Assembly: GCA_002269645.1 (NCBI GenBank)
Contig: NIVC01000870.1
Location: forward strand, 246,330 to 310,329
Length of the DNA: 64,000 nt
Reading direction: 5' to 3'
From: Macrostomum lignano
Taxonomy: Eukaryota
Positions within the stretch are counted from its first letter, which is position 1; each line of letters begins with the position of its first letter. The notes beneath the pieces were generated by a model. It was not told the DNA's origin. It did no database searches and worked only from the letters and a program-made list of their open reading frames with translations. Of the stretch, positions 47,709-61,810 are shown piece by piece. The position numbers were made by a program, and so were the translations under genes.

Positions 47709-48987
47709 ATGGCTGCTCCAGCTGCCCCTCAGCTGACAGTGGAGCATCGGCAAACGCTAGTAAAAGCTTCCACTGCCATTTCAAACAAACTTGGCGCCAG
47801 AATTAATCGATTAGCCAATAGTAATACGGTGCCAGATTTCTACGAAGCATTAAACGCAGTTGTCTACTTGATTTCGAGCGCCTGCTCTTTAAGTTATGTC
47901 TCTAAGGAAGCTCGGATGGCTTCATTTGTTCGCGTAGGCTGGGACAATCGTAGCGGTGTTAGTGGCGGAGGTCAAACAGCCGAGGACATGGCAGAGTGCG
48001 GTTTTTATAGCCTAGGCGACGCTGATCACGTCAAGTGCTTCTTCTGCGACTTGGGACTGCGGGACTGGATCAGGGGGGACAGTCCCGAGCGGGAGCACGC
48101 CAAGTTCAGCCCGCTGTGCTTCTATTTGAAGAGCTGCCTGGGTCTTGACGGTCTGCAGGCGGTCACTCCGCAAACTACTAATTATCCGGCATCGTACACC
48201 AGGCAGGATCACAATCAGCTGATGCGCACCATTGGCGAAGACTTTTGTGGCCCTGTAGGCCGAGTCGCCTGCGGCGTTGGACTGGACGATACTAAAGTTC
48301 TGCTGGCTTTAGCTAGGAACTTCATCCGGTTTAGGTGATTGTCCTCAGTTGCTGGGACACCAGCCTCCCAGATCCCCAGTTGCTGGGCCACCAGCCTCCC
48401 AGATCCCCAGTTGCTAGGCCAGCCTCCCAGTTCCTCATTTGCTGGGCCAGCCTCCCAGATCCCCAGTTGCTGGGCCAGCCTCCCAGATCCTCAGTTGCTG
48501 GGCTACCAGCCTCCCAGATCCCCAGTTGCTGGGCCAGCCTCCCAGATCCCCAGTTGCTGGGCCAGCCTCCCAGATCCCCAGTTGCTGGGCCAGCCTCCCA
48601 GATCCCCAGTTGCTGGGCCAGCCTCCCAGATCCCCAGTTTCTGGGCCAGCCTCCCAGATCCCCAGTTGCTGGGCCAGCCTCCCAGATCCCCAGTTGCTGG
48701 GCCAGCCTCCCAGATCCCCAGTTGCTGGGCCAGCCTCCCAGATCCCCAGTTGCTAGAGCAGTGTCAGTTGCTGGGCCACTCCCTCTGCAGTCCAGCCGAG
48801 TATCACAAGGCTCAGCCCCCTTCCCCGCATTGCCAGGAAGCGCTACTCAGCCAAGGAGCTCATCCTGAGTGCCCAGTCGGAGTGGCAGCGAGAGCTACTC
48901 AACAACCCTTCAGATCCGCCGCAGTTTTTGAGCGGCTTCAACCTGGCTGCCGTGTTTCGCGAGTTCTACAGAATAATAGCATCGTGA
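47709..48987 (+). CDS. Single-BIR IAP-like gene, copy B (+1 frameshift in exon 2)
   Basis: Exons 47709-48334 and 48791-48987. The exon 1 protein is identical to copy A. Exon 2 reads CAGCCCCCTTCCCCGC versus CAGCCTCCTCCCCGC in A. Confidence 0.88.
48340..48760 (+). repeat. 28-bp minisatellite filling the BIR copy B intron
   Basis: About 15 units, shorter than in A. Confidence 0.95.
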
Positions 48988-49609
48988 ATTTCTATTAGTA
49001 AAATGTTTAGTTATAATTATAATAGCTTGTATATGGGATACTTCATTAATCATACTTTCGTAAGTAAAATTTTTAAGCAGAAAATCTATTTCATCAATAT
49101 TTATGATTCAAACTTAAGCACAATATCTCTATTTAGCGTGTATTATTTTAAATATTTATTGATTATTAAAAGTTTTAATACCAGTGACACGTTAATATAA
49201 ACAATATATACTTTCTAACAAAAATTGTTGTACAGTTGCTTCTTTAACTTCTATTATGCAAAATTGATAAAGCATGTTTAAGAAGTTCTCTACCGTCATT
49301 TGCACTATTTTTTGTTGTAAACGGGTGTAAGCAATGTATATTGGATGTTAAGTATGCAACTGTAAAACGATTTTGTCTGAATAAAATTTCAAAATAATTT
49401 CTACAATTCTTCTTATTGTCCTTAGCACTCATTGTCCCTGTGAACATTAAAATATCTTCTAAAATTTTTTTCTTGTCTCGTTTATTTTTTTGCGTTTCTA
49501 GTATGTATAGCGAACAATTATCCTCAGCACCCCAATGCCCGATAAGATTATTTCCTAATTTTTTAAGAATCTCCCACAGTTCTGAAGTTTCTTTCCCAAC
49601 TCCCTTTAT

Positions 49610-50720
49610 GATTCTCCCCCACCTCCTTCATGATTCTTCCCCAACTCCCCATAAGATTCTCCCCCATCCCCTCATGATTCTTCCCCAACTCCCCATAAGA
49701 TTCTCCCCCATCCCCTCATGATTCTTCCCCAACTCCCCATAAGATTCTCCTCCATCCCCCTCATGATTCTTCCCCAACTCCCCATAAGATTCTCCCCCAT
49801 CCTCCTCATGATTCTTCCCAAACTCCCCATAAGATTCTCCCCCACCCCCCTCATAATTCTTCCCCAACTCCCCATAAGATTCTCCCCCATCCTCCTCATG
49901 ATTCTTCCCAAACTCCCCATAAGATTCTCCCCCATCCTCCTCATGATTCTTCCCCAACTCCCCATAAGATTCTCCCCCATCCTCCTCATGATTCTTCCCA
50001 AACTCCCCATAAGATTCTCCCCCATCCCCTCATGATTCTTCCCCAACTCCCCATAAGATTCTCCCCCATCCCCTTCATGATTCTTCCCCAACTCCCCATA
50101 AGATTCTCCCCCATCCCCTTCATGATTCTTCCCCAACTCCCCATAAGATTCTCCCCCATCCCCTTCATGATTCTTCCCCAACTCCCCATAAGATTCTCCC
50201 CCACTCCCTCATGATTCTTCCCAAACTCCCCATAAGATTCTCCCCCATCCCCTTCATGATTCTTCCCCAACTCCCCATAAGATTCTCCCCCATCCCCTTC
50301 ATGATTCTTCCCCAACTCCCCATAAGATTCTCCTCCATCCCCTCATGATTCTTCCCCAACTCCCCATAAGATTCTCCCCCACTCCCTCATGATTCTTCCC
50401 AAACTCCCCATAAGATTCTCCCCCATCCTCCTCATGATTCTTCCCAAATTCCCCATAAGATTCTCTCCCACCCCCTCATGATTCTTCCCAAACTCCCCAT
50501 AAGATTCTCCTCCATCCCCCTCATAATTCTTCCCAAACTCCCCATAAGATTCTCCCCCATCCTTCTCATGATTCTTCCCAAACTCCCCATAAGATTCTCC
50601 CCCATCCTCCTCATGATTCTTCCCAAACTCCCCATAAGATTCTCCTCCATCCCCCTCATGATTCTTCCCAAACTCCCCATAAGATTATCTCCCAATTCCC
50701 CATAAGATTCTCCAACCATT
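49610..50720 (+). repeat. About 44-45-bp dimeric minisatellite CTCCCCATAAGATTCTCCCCCATCCCCTCATGATTCTTCCCCAA
   Basis: About 25 units, occupying the spacer equivalent to the 23-bp array of copy A. Confidence 0.93.
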
Positions 50721-50957
50721 CCAGGTAAGAAGGTTCCCTAATTCCCCTTAATGATCTCATCCAATTCCCTTTAAAAATCGCCCCCCAATTCCCCTTTAAG
50801 AATCTCTCCTAATTCCCATAAGGAATGCCCTGATTCCCCTTAGGAATTTCCCCAACTTTGCATCTTTCATGGAGTTACCGATGGTGAAATTATATTATAC
50901 TGTTATACATGTAATTGTGTATTCCAGCACTGAAGCAGGCCAGCCCAGCAGCCAAGC

Positions 50958-51812
50958 ATGGAGAAGATCAACATGTCCCTTGACGATATTATCAAGGCTA
51001 ATAAAAAGCGTTCGAATTCGGCCAGAGGCAATTCCGCCGCTGGTCGGCGCGGCGGCGCCAGCGGGCGCGGCGGCGGCGGCGCCAGGGGTCGGGGAGGCGC
51101 CAATAGTCGCAGGCGCGGAGGTGGCGCCAATAACGCGCCTCCCCCGCGCCGCAACACCGTAGCGCCAATTCGTAGCGGCGGCGGGGTGGCCAAAAGGTCG
51201 AGAAATATCCGCGGAAGAGGAGGCGGCGGCGCCGGTCGCGGTGGCAGCTCGGCCGTGGCGAAGCTCGCCGCCCAATCGTTAAACCGGGCCAAGAAGCTTC
51301 AGCTCTTGCGTCGTCAGAGTCAGAGTCAGAGTGGCGCCGGCGTCAGAAGAGGCGCCAGTCGAGGTCGCGGTGGCGCCGCTGCCACCGCCGGAGCCTCCGC
51401 TACCCCGCGCCGCTCCTTCGGAGGCGTTGCAAAGCCCAATAAGACGTCGGCATCCTCAGTGAGCATGGTTCGGGTGCGAGTTTCAAATGACAGGTTCGAC
51501 AACAATAACGGCGGCAACAAAGACCGGCGCAGTCTGGAGCGAACCTACCTGATGCAGGCCAGGGCGCTGATTCAGGCGCAGAAGGAGGCGGCTGCCGCCA
51601 ACGCCTCTGCGGCGGCTGCTGGTGCCGCGACTGCGGCTGCGTTTCGCTCGTTAGCCGGAGGCAGCGGCCGCGGTGACTACCAGTTTGCTAGTCGCGGCGG
51701 CAGGAATAATTCTCAGAATGGAGGATTCCGCCGAGCCAGAGGCTTCGGTAATGGCGGCCGCGGTGGAGGACGCCGCGGTGGTCGTCGCGGAGGCTGGGGC
51801 GGCTACCGCTGA
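50958..51812 (+). CDS. UBM/RGG protein (UIF/FYTTD1-like), copy B, 284 aa, intact
   Basis: Same motifs and length as copy A. Confidence 0.8.
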   Translation: MEKINMSLDDIIKANKKRSNSARGNSAAGRRGGASGRGGGGARGRGGANSRRRGGGANNAPPPRRNTVAPIRSGGGVAKRSRNIRGRGGGGAGRGGSSAVAKLAAQSLNRAKKLQLLRRQSQSQSGAGVRRGASRGRGGAAATAGASATPRRSFGGVAKPNKTSASSVSMVRVRVSNDRFDNNNGGNKDRRSLERTYLMQARALIQAQKEAAAANASAAAAGAATAAAFRSLAGGSGRGDYQFASRGGRNNSQNGGFRRARGFGNGGRGGGRRGGRRGGWGGYR

Positions 51813-51884
51813 TGTTTGACTCGGTGGGGTGGGTTTGAATTTTACAAGTTTGGCGGAGTTCGTGTCCCTAGATGTAATCTGAAC

Positions 51885-52330
51885 CATAATTGGCCTCCGA
51901 ATAATCCCCTCCGTAGTTAGTGTCCCAATAATCCCCTCCGTAATTAGTGTCCCAATAATCCCCTCCGTAATTAGTGTCCCAATAATCCCCTCCGTAATTA
52001 GTGTCCCAATAATCTCCATCATAATTAGTGTCCCAAAAAGTCCCCATCATAATTGGTGTCCCAATAATCCCCATCATAATTGGTGTCCCAATAATCCCCA
52101 TCATAATTGGTGTCCCAATAATCCCCATCATAATTGGTGTCCCAATAATCCCCATCATAATTGGTGTCCCAATAATCCCCATCATAATTGGTGTCCCAAT
52201 AATCCCCATCATAATTGGTGTCCCAATAATCCCCATCATAATTGGTGTCCCAATAATCCCCATCATAATTGGTGTCCCAATAATCCCCATCATAATTGGT
52301 GTCCCAATAATCCCCATCATAATTAGTGTA
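51885..52330 (+). repeat. 27-bp minisatellite, copy B
   Basis: About 16 units. Confidence 0.95.
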
Positions 52331-53251
52331 ATCCACCTTCAAGAACGTCTCTCTTAACTAATCACTCAACCTCAAGTTACCTGTCAACCTGTCAATTATA
52401 GGTTTAAAATTGTTTGCTAGTTTAAAAAACGTGAATCAAATTGGATTAACTCCATCACAGTCAGTCAGCATCAGCAACTATACTTATTTTATTTAATTGC
52501 CCGTAACGAATCGCTGTTTTTAGCTGCTTTTTTACTTTTACTTCTTTTGCCAATTAATTTTAACTGGGCATTGTGATTTTTCAACACGTTGTTTAATACG
52601 CGTCAAAATTGGAAAACTACTAACTAAGTAGTTAATCTGTGCCCAGTTAAATTAATTCGATATATATTTGTGTAAATGTGCACCCCGACCAGGCCAGGGC
52701 TTAAGGCAGCCTAGCTCATAAATAATTCATTTTCAAAGTACAAATTTTGATACTTCATATTGGTTGCTTGGGTTTCCTCGACGGGTTCGATTGAGTGATT
52801 GAATATCATTATTTATGATTTATTGCTGTGTGCCATAGTTGCAGGTCATATATGTCTGTTTAATTTGCGTGTGTTACATGCACTGTTGTACATAAACTGA
52901 GTTTGTTTCTTCATTTTTAGGTTAATTGATTGATTGATTTGTGTCACTTTTTTTAGCTATCTGTTTTCTCGTCCATCTCATTTTCTGTAACTGCGCGCTG
53001 CACTGTCTGATAATATAATATAATTCAGCTTTATAAACCCTTCGGCACTACTATGAGTAATTGGAGTCGCACCCAATCTTTCTGAAGTCTTTAATTATCA
53101 TTTCTTTAAGTTGCTGCCGCTGCTGCCAAACTGCCGTAGGGAATGCGGCAGGCATATGTTATACCTGCTGTCAATATCCACAGCATACCGCAGGTTCGAT
53201 GTATAATAACAGCTTCAGGTAGGCTTGTGTCTTCAGGTTTTTGTATTTGCA

Positions 53252-53322
53252 CTGTCTGCCTGCCTGTCTGTCTGTGTGTCTGTCTGTCTGTCTGTGTGTG
53301 TGTGTGTGTCTGTGTGTGTGTG

Positions 53323-53361
<39 letters not shown>

Positions 53362-53482
53362 GTGTGTGTGTGTCTGTCTGTCTGTCTGTCTGTGTGTGTG
53401 TCTGTCTGTCTGTCTGTCTGTGTGTCTGTCTGTCTGTCTGTCTGTGTGTCTGCCTGCCTGTCTGCCTGCCTGTCTGTCTCTA

Positions 53483-53519
<37 letters not shown>

Positions 53520-53544
53520 GTGTGTGTCTGTCTGTTTGTCTGTG

Positions 53545-53593
<49 letters not shown>

Positions 53594-53646
53594 GTGTGTC
53601 TGTCTGTCTGTCTGTCTGTGTGTGTGTCTGTCTGTCTGTGTGTGTG

Positions 53647-53677
<31 letters not shown>

Positions 53678-53802
53678 GTGTGTGTGTGTCTGTCTGTCTG
53701 TCTGTCTGTCTGTGTGTGTGTCTGTCTGTCTGTCTGTCTGTGTGTCTGTCTGTCTGTCTGTCTGTGTGTCTGCCTGCCTGTCTGCCTGCCTGTCTGTCTC
53801 TA

Positions 53803-53835
<33 letters not shown>

Positions 53836-53860
53836 GTGTGTGTCTGTCTGTTTGTCTGTG

Positions 53861-53909
<49 letters not shown>

Positions 53910-53962
53910 GTGTGTCTGTCTGTCTGTCTGTCTGTGTGTGTGTCTGTCTGTCTGTGTGTGTG

Positions 53963-53999
<37 letters not shown>

Positions 54000-54152
54000 G
54001 TGTGTCTGTCTGTCTGTCTGTGTGTGTGTCTGTCTGTCTGTGTGTGTGTGTCTGTCTGCCTGTCTGTCTGTCTGTCTGTGTGTGTGTGCCTGTCTCTGTT
54101 TGTCTGTCTGTGTGTGTGTGTGTGTCTGTCTGCCTGTCTCTGTTTGTCTGTC

Positions 54153-54190
<38 letters not shown>

Positions 54191-54302
54191 TGTCTGCCTG
54201 TCTCTGTTTGTCTGTCTGTCTGTCTGTGTGTGTCTGTGTGTGTGTCTGTCTGCCTGTCTGTCTGTCTGTCTGTGTGTCTGTCTGTCTGTCTGTCTGTCTG
54301 TG

Positions 54303-54341
<39 letters not shown>

Positions 54342-54352
54342 GTGTGTGTGTG

Positions 54353-54384
<32 letters not shown>

Positions 54385-54404
54385 AATCTGTCTGTCTGTC
54401 TGTC
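53252..54404 (+). repeat. (CTGT)n/(GT)n microsatellite, copy B
   Basis: About 1.15 kb versus about 0.28 kb in A. Confidence 0.95.
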
Positions 54405-55059
54405 TTCAGGCGAAATAAGTCACAGAGCGAGCAAAAGAGAGCTGCGTTTTAAAAAGAACAGACATTAGAAAAAAACAGATGGCTTTCGGTTTGAATTCAC
54501 AAAAAGTTTTTATTTGGGGTGTTACGCATGCAAAACTTTCGTACTTATGCAAGAAATATTAAAAAGCTGAACAGCACCTGCCATGCTGTGTGCGAGTACA
54601 GCGGCAAGGTCGGTACCGAAGATAAATAATAAAGACATGCAACGAACTGACAGAAAATCAATGCAATTGGAAATGCAAAGCAGAAAAAGGCTTTAAAGAA
54701 ATTGAAAAAATGAGAGGCTACAAGCTGGTGGTAAGATGCCGAGCAACAAAAGAAGACCAGAAAAAATTGAAAAAAAACTCTTGAAAACCTCAATTTCAAC
54801 GTTTGGGACCTGATGCTCTTCCGCGCCTTGAACGATATCTATAATGATCTTTGTTTGAAAAGTCCTGTTTAATCTGTTGAATGCATCTTCCACTCAAGAC
54901 TCATGGGATTCTCTATAAACTGTTTAATGACCTCTCACAACTTTCAAATAAACAGTTTCATAGTCCTCCAAAAACTATATACTCTTAAGCCACCCATAAA
55001 CTGTTTAAATATACCTACATAAAATAATTAACCTACCTCTAAAAAACTATTGAACCAAC

Positions 55060-55850
55060 CTCTCATAAACTGTTTAACCAACCTGTCATAAACTGTTTAA
55101 CCAGTCCCATAAACTGTTTGAACAAACTCATAAACTGTTTAACCAACCTCTCATAGACTGTTTAACCAACCTCCCATAAACTGTTTAACCAACCTCCCAT
55201 AAACTGTTTAACCAACCTGTCATAAACTGTTTAACCAGTCTCATAAACTGTTTGAACAAACTCATAAACTGTTTAACCAACCTCTCATAGACTGTTTAAC
55301 CAACCTCCCATAAACTGTTTAACCAACCTCCCATAAACTGTTTAACCAACCTGTCATAAACTGTTTAACCAGTCTCATAAACTGTTTGAAAAAACTCATA
55401 AACTGTTTAACCAACCTCTCATAGACTGTTTAACCAACCTCCCATAAACTGTTTAACCAACCTCCCATAAACTGTTTAACCAACCTGTCATAAACTGTTT
55501 AACCAGTCTCATAAACTGTTTGAACAAACTCATAAACTGTTTAACCAACCTCTCATAGACTGTTTAACCAACCTCCCATAAACTGTTTAACCAACCTCCC
55601 ATAAACTGTTTAACCAACCTCCCATAAACTGTTTAACCAGTCTCATAAACTGTTTGAACAAACTCATAAACTGTTTAACCAACCTCTCATAGACTGTTTA
55701 ACCAACCTCCCATAAACTGTTTAACCAACCTGTCATAAACTGTTTAACCAACCTGTCATAAACTGTTTAAACAACCTGTCATAAACTGTTTAACCAACCT
55801 GTCATAAACTGTTTAACAAACCTGTCATAAACTGTTTAAGCAACCTGTCA
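55060..55850 (+). repeat. 23-bp AACTGTTTAACCAACCT.CATA minisatellite, copy B, with higher-order periodicity
   Basis: Blocks of about 5 variant monomers recur roughly every 110 bp. Confidence 0.9.
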
Positions 55851-56082
55851 TAAACTCTTATAAGAATCTTTAAGCACTTCCATAAACAATTCTTTTAACA
55901 AACTGTCATAAACTATTTATAAACCAATAAACACCCATTATAAACTTCGTAGGAAGTTCCCATAAACAATTTAGAAATCCCCAATGAACAGTCGATAGGG
56001 AATTCCTCACAAACAGTATTTAAGAATCCTCATTGCCAACACGAACAACACAGTTGTGAAGTCGGTCCATTTCTCACAGTCC

Positions 56083-59000
56083 CTAGTTGCCAACGCTGGG
56101 ACTCCTGGCCGCCAGCGACCTTCGCTTGGTCTTCACCAGATCAGCGATGGACACGTCTAGCGACGCTTGCGAATCCCCGGCGCCCGCCGCCGCCGCCGCA
56201 GACGACCCGTCGAATCCGCCGTCGCCATCGGCGCCGACAATCGAATCTTGACTCCGACGCTTTCTCGAATTACCCACGCCGCAACAGCTACTACTGATGC
56301 TACTGGTAGTAGCAACCAGCGCTGCGTGTTCTTTATTGTCGCTAGACGAAGGAGTCTGCTGCTGCTGTTTCTTGAAGCCGATCGACCGACGCAAGCCCGG
56401 CTGTCGGACGCCGCTGCCGCCGCAATCTGACGCGTCAATGTCGGACTATCGACAAATCTGTGCCGCTGCAGTAGGGATTGGTTTCTATTAGAAGAGGCTG
56501 GCGTGGTTGGCATGGCAACGGGCTCCAGGTCGGGCAGGCCGAGGCCCAGCTGGCCAGACAGAAACTCCCGAGCCCTGCTTATCAGAGTCGATGACGAGTT
56601 CAAAGCTGAGCGGAACGAGCTGGGCAGGTCGGCCGGGTTCAAGGCTGACAGGTCGCTCAGATCGGTGAAGTGCAGCAGCGGCAGGCCGGGCAGCACCTCG
56701 GCGCCGGTTGAGCGGCGCTGGAGCAGAAATATTGAGTTGCTGAGCTGACAGGGCATGGGAATGGGAGGCAGAGGGGAACAGAGGGAGAGACACCCAGTGC
56801 CCAGGAAATATTTGGGTAGATTGCCGATTTTCCATAGTCTACCGGTATACTTATTCATCAGGCCTGACAACAGGGAGACTAGAATAACTAGATTGGCCAC
56901 TCAGGCATTTATACTTAGCAAAACAGCTGTTTTTCTAATAGTACTTCAGTCCTGTAGCAATGGAGAATACATAAGCTAGTCATAATTTATAAGAATAAAG
57001 GCAGCTGAAATGACTTTGATAAGCTTAGAAGCCCAAGCTTGCAGGCGCGTAAACAGCTTGCTAATTGGTTCAGTCATAATGTACATTGGCCACAGAAATG
57101 TACATGGCAGATTTAGGCTGGAACAACCGAGGAAGGCAATAAAAATTGGGTGGCGGGGCGGGAGAGGGTGAGAGGGCGAGGGTAAGAGGAGGGTGAGAGG
57201 AGGGTGAGGAGGGTGAGGGTAAGAGGAGGGTGAGAGGAGGGTGAGGGGGGAAGGGGAGGGTGAGAGGGGAGAGGGGAGAGAAGCAGTAGGAACCGCAGGC
57301 CCATCAGCAGCCCCACCTGCAGGTTGAAGGCGGCAAGCGGTCTGCCCGTGAGCGGCCAGGCCAGACTGGCCAGGCCAGCCCAGACCCGGACACAGACGAG
57401 GCCGGCGCTGCCGCAGTCGCCGTCGCCGTCGCAACGCTCCGGATCGGCCAGCACCGCCATCATTCGGCCGTCGTCCCACACGGCGACAAGCAGGCCGCGG
57501 AGGTCTAATTCGTTGTCGATGATTGCACCGGCGTGTTGTGCTGGCGGCAAGGGCAGGCGGAGGAAACTGCGAGGTCGGTGCCGCGTCAGGATGAGGTCGG
57601 CGCGCTGCCGAGCTCCAGGGGTCGGATAAGGCCGCCGCGGCTGAGGTTCAGAGACATCTGCGTGTCCGGGTGATGGCAACGAATAAGAGATTTCCTGTTG
57701 GAGACTTAGCTGGGATCTGTGAGAGATAAACGACTCCCTTATAACACCATGGCCCTATGACCGATTCTCTTATAACACCATGACCCTATGAGCGATTCTC
57801 TTATAACACCATGACCCTATGAGCGATTCTCTTATAACACCATGACCCTATGAGCGATTCCTTTATAACATCATGACCCTATGAGGGATTTCATTATAAA
57901 ACCATGACACTATGAGCGATTTCCTAAAAACACGATGACCTATGAGCGATTTCCTAAAAACACGATGACCCTATGAGCGATTTCCTAAAAACACGATGAC
58001 CCTATGAGCGATTTCCTAAAAACACGATGACCCTATGAGCGATTTCCTAAAAACACGATGACCCTATGAGCGATTTCCTAAAAACACGATGACCCTATGA
58101 GCGATTTCCTAAAAACACGATGACCCTATGAGCGATTTCCTAAAAACACGATGACCCTATGAGCGATTTCCTAAAAACACGATGACCCTATGAGCGATTT
58201 CCTAAAAACACGATGACCCTATGAGCGATTTCCTAAAAACACGATGACCCTATGAGCGATTTCCTAGCAACCAACCCCCCCCCCACCCGACAAAATCGCA
58301 CCCGATGCCGCCGGAAGCAGCGGATCCCACATTCGCCCCGAGCACCAGCAGGCCGCAGCCCTCGCGCAGCCAGGACTCGCGCGCCCTCCTCCGGGTTCCA
58401 CACAGTCAGGGTGGCCACGGCGCCTTCGTCCAAGTCGGCGTCCTCGGTGCCGATGACCAGCAGGCGAACCAGCGGCGTCACCTGACGCTGCTGGACGAGC
58501 GGCGGCAGCAGCTGCTCCCGGTGCCGAGTCAGGACGTCTCGCTGACGCTCCGTCAGCCAGGCCTGCAGTTCGTCCGCGTTCAGGGCGGAGCGCAGGGCGG
58601 CCTGAAGCTCCTCGCCGGTGCTCAGCTGGGACACTTCATCAGGCTGGTAGAGACGGCCGCGCTGCTGCGGGGGCTTGGAGCCCAGCTGAAATTGGGATGC
58701 GGTGTTGGGATCTGGGAGGCTGGCGGCCCAGCAACTGAGGATCTGGGAGTCTGGCCCAGCAACTGGGGATCTGGGAGTCTGGCCAAGCAACTGGGGATCT
58801 GGGAGGCTGGCGGCCCAGCAACTGAGGATCTGGGGCTGGTCCAGCAACTGGGGATCTGTGAGTCTGGCCCAGCAACTGGGGATCTGGGAGTCTGGCCCAG
58901 CAACTGGGGATCTGGGAGTCTGGCCCAGCAACTGGGGATCTGGGAGTCTGGTCCAGCAACTGGGGATCTGGGAGGCTGGCGGCCCAGCAACTGAGGATCT

Positions 59001-60702
59001 GGGAGGCTGGTCCAGCAACTGGGGATCTGGGAGGCTGGTGGCCCAGCAACTGGGGATCTGGGAGTCTGGCCCAGCAACTGGGGATCTGGGAGTCTGGCCC
59101 AGCAACTGGGGATCTGGGAGTCTGGTCCAGCAACTGGGGATCTGGGAGGCTGGCGGCTCAGCAACTGAGGATCTGGGAGGCTGGTCCAGCAACTGGGGAT
59201 CTGGGAGGCTGGCGGCCCAGCAACTGGGGATCTGGGAGTCTGGCCCAGCAACTGGGGATCTGGGAGTCTGGTCCAGCAACTGGGGATCTGGGAGTCTGGT
59301 CCAGCAACTGGGGATCTGGGAGGCTGGCGGCCCAGCAACTGGAAGCAGCCACCAACCTGGTCCTCCACAGCTTCCTCCATTCGCCGGCGGGCCTCAGCCT
59401 CGAACTCCCTGGCCCGTCGGTCCTCGGCTCGAGCCCCGCGGAACACCCTGGCGTCGCTGCCAGGGCTGCGCTCCATGAACTGCCGGGGGTACCGCCGGCT
59501 GACGAACAGGTGCAGAGCGCCAGCCTTGCCGCCGTCGGGCCGCAGTGAGCTGAGCGACACCGGCATCGGCGAGGCGTCGGCGAAGCCCAGCCGGACTCTT
59601 CGGTTGGCAACGCAGCGTCGGGTGCTGTTGCCATGGAGACGGAGAGCGGCGCTGGCCGGCGCTTCCAGCGGCTGGCAGGCTTCAGAGCAGCCAATCAGTT
59701 CAGCCTGGCAGGTGAGCAGCCGGGTGCCCGGTTTGATGAGGCCGGCGGAGGCTGCGCGGCACAGCAGGGGATCCAGCTGTGCGCCGATGCAGTACCAGCC
59801 GTCCGTGAGGGTCACCTAAATCGGGAAACTAATTAATGCGTCAAATGATCACACGCTGCTTATAAACTACTGACCAACAGTAGCAAGTGGTAAATAGTAT
59901 AGGCAGAGAAAAATGCTGGCGAGACAATTGTCAGACGGCCAGACACAGACAGGTAGAGGGGAGACACAGACAGGTAGAGGGGAGACACAGACAGGTAGAG
60001 GGGAGACACAGACAGGTAGAGGGAGACACAGACAGGTAGAGGGGAGACACAGACAGGTAGAGGGGAGACACAGACAGGTAGAGGGGAGACACAGACAGGT
60101 AGAGGGGAGACAAAGACAGGTAGAGGGGAGACAAAGACAGGTAAAGGGGAGACACAGACAGGTAGAGGGGAGACACAGACAGGTAGAGTGGCGACACAGA
60201 CAGGTAGAGTGAAGACAGACAGGTAGAGGGGAGACACAGGCAGGTAGAGGGGAGACACAGACAGGTGGAGGGGAGACACAGACAGGTAGAATGGCGACAC
60301 AGACAGGTAGAGGGGAGACACAGACAGGTAGAGGGAAGACACAGACAGGTAGAGGGAAGACACAGACAGGTAGAGGGAAGACACAGACAGGTAGAGGGGA
60401 GACACAGACAGGTAGAGTGGCGACACAGACAGGTAGAGGGGAGACATAAACAGGTAGAGGGGAGGGGAGGATACACACAGTCTGACAGGGCAATGGCAGC
60501 AAGGATTGAATAGAAGCCGGAAGTTTCCTAATAAAATGCAAAGCCAGCAAAGTGAACCTTGAGCTGCGGCTGCTGCTGTTGCACCGGCTGCTTTCCAGTC
60601 TCTGTTCTGTCCGAGTTGCTGCTCCATCGCAGACTGACCACCTGCAGTGCTAGACGCGAGCTGGGCGGAGAGTCGCGCTCGAGAATTCGACGAATGCAGG
60701 GT
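56083..60702 (-). CDS. BRCA2: BRCA2 DNA-binding domain exons, copy B, with several single-base indels
   Basis: Exons 60702-60558, 59815-59357, 58685-58272, 57657-57317 and 56717-56083. Indels relative to A at about 58378 (+1), 58310 (-1), 57609 (-1) and 56423 (-1). Intronic arrays at 57160-57280, 57735-58262, 58705-59340 and 59945-60460. Confidence 0.85.
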
Positions 60703-60854
60703 CTGGTTGATGGAGGAATAAGCAGTAATATCTTGGTTCATTTTGTTGAGCCGAAATCGAATTTTTATCTTGTTCGAGCAAGACTCTGTGCTAATTTGTC
60801 CCTAAGTACGCATTGTGCGCTAATAACATTTTCAGCTTTCAGACAATTATAAAG

Positions 60855-61173
60855 CACAATAATAAAACTATAATTGATTACACCTGCCCTAAATGGGCAG
60901 ATGTGCAACCAACAGCTCAGCCTCAGATATTGCGCGGCGCATCTGAAGGCTGCGTACGGCTGTTCAGTCCAAGGACCTGGAGGGGGGGGGGTCGCCACAC
61001 ACAGCCTCAATTACCCCAGCTAATGCTGGCACCCATTTTACAGCTGGGTGAACTGAAGAAACGCAGAGTTTAGTGTCTTGCTAAAGGACACAAATCGTTC
61101 CGGTGAGATCAGGAATCGAACCCCCGACCTTCAAGTCGTGAGTCCGACGCTCCAACCACTGGCTACAGAGTGC
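60855..61173 (-). mobile_element. tRNA-derived CORE-type SINE, copy B
   Basis: Essentially identical to 23410-23726. Confidence 0.75.
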
Positions 61174-61810
61174 AAGTAATATACAATAAATATATGCCAC
61201 AGGAGACAAAGTGCAACAGAGGGTCAGTACATTGTACGTAGAAGTGTGTACGCGAGAGTGTGTTGCATCACCTTGGCAACAAAACTGAGTCTGTAAGATA
61301 GAATAGACCCCCTCGTACACACGCAGGAGCATTTTTATTGTTCTACCATTTTGCGTCTTATAAGACAAACTCCTCAGCGCAAAATGGTAGCAGAAGAAAC
61401 ACAGTAGACAGCCACATCTTTGCACACGCAGTAAATCTCTGCAGAGTAGAATGAAAATATTTGAGAACAGATGCATTCAAAGTACGCAACGCGCACCGCC
61501 TTTTAACAGCTTTCATGTCTCCAGCGCACAGAGCACAGAGCTATTCGAGTCTAACGGGGGTGTCGAGGGCATAAGAGACGGACTAACAATAGAGCTCAGA
61601 GCTTTCCAGAGCTACTCAACAAGGAGGGCTGGGCTGCAAGTGCGCTTGAGCAGAAGAGCAAGAGAAAGAGATAAAAATTCTTAAATCTTCATGCTTTTTC
61701 ACCTGCTAACAAAGATAGAAGTTTAGAGTAAAGACTAAAGCCCAATATCTGAGTAGTTGAAATCTGAGCTTAACAGAAGCTGACAGAAAACCTGCAGCTC
61801 ACAGCTGAGG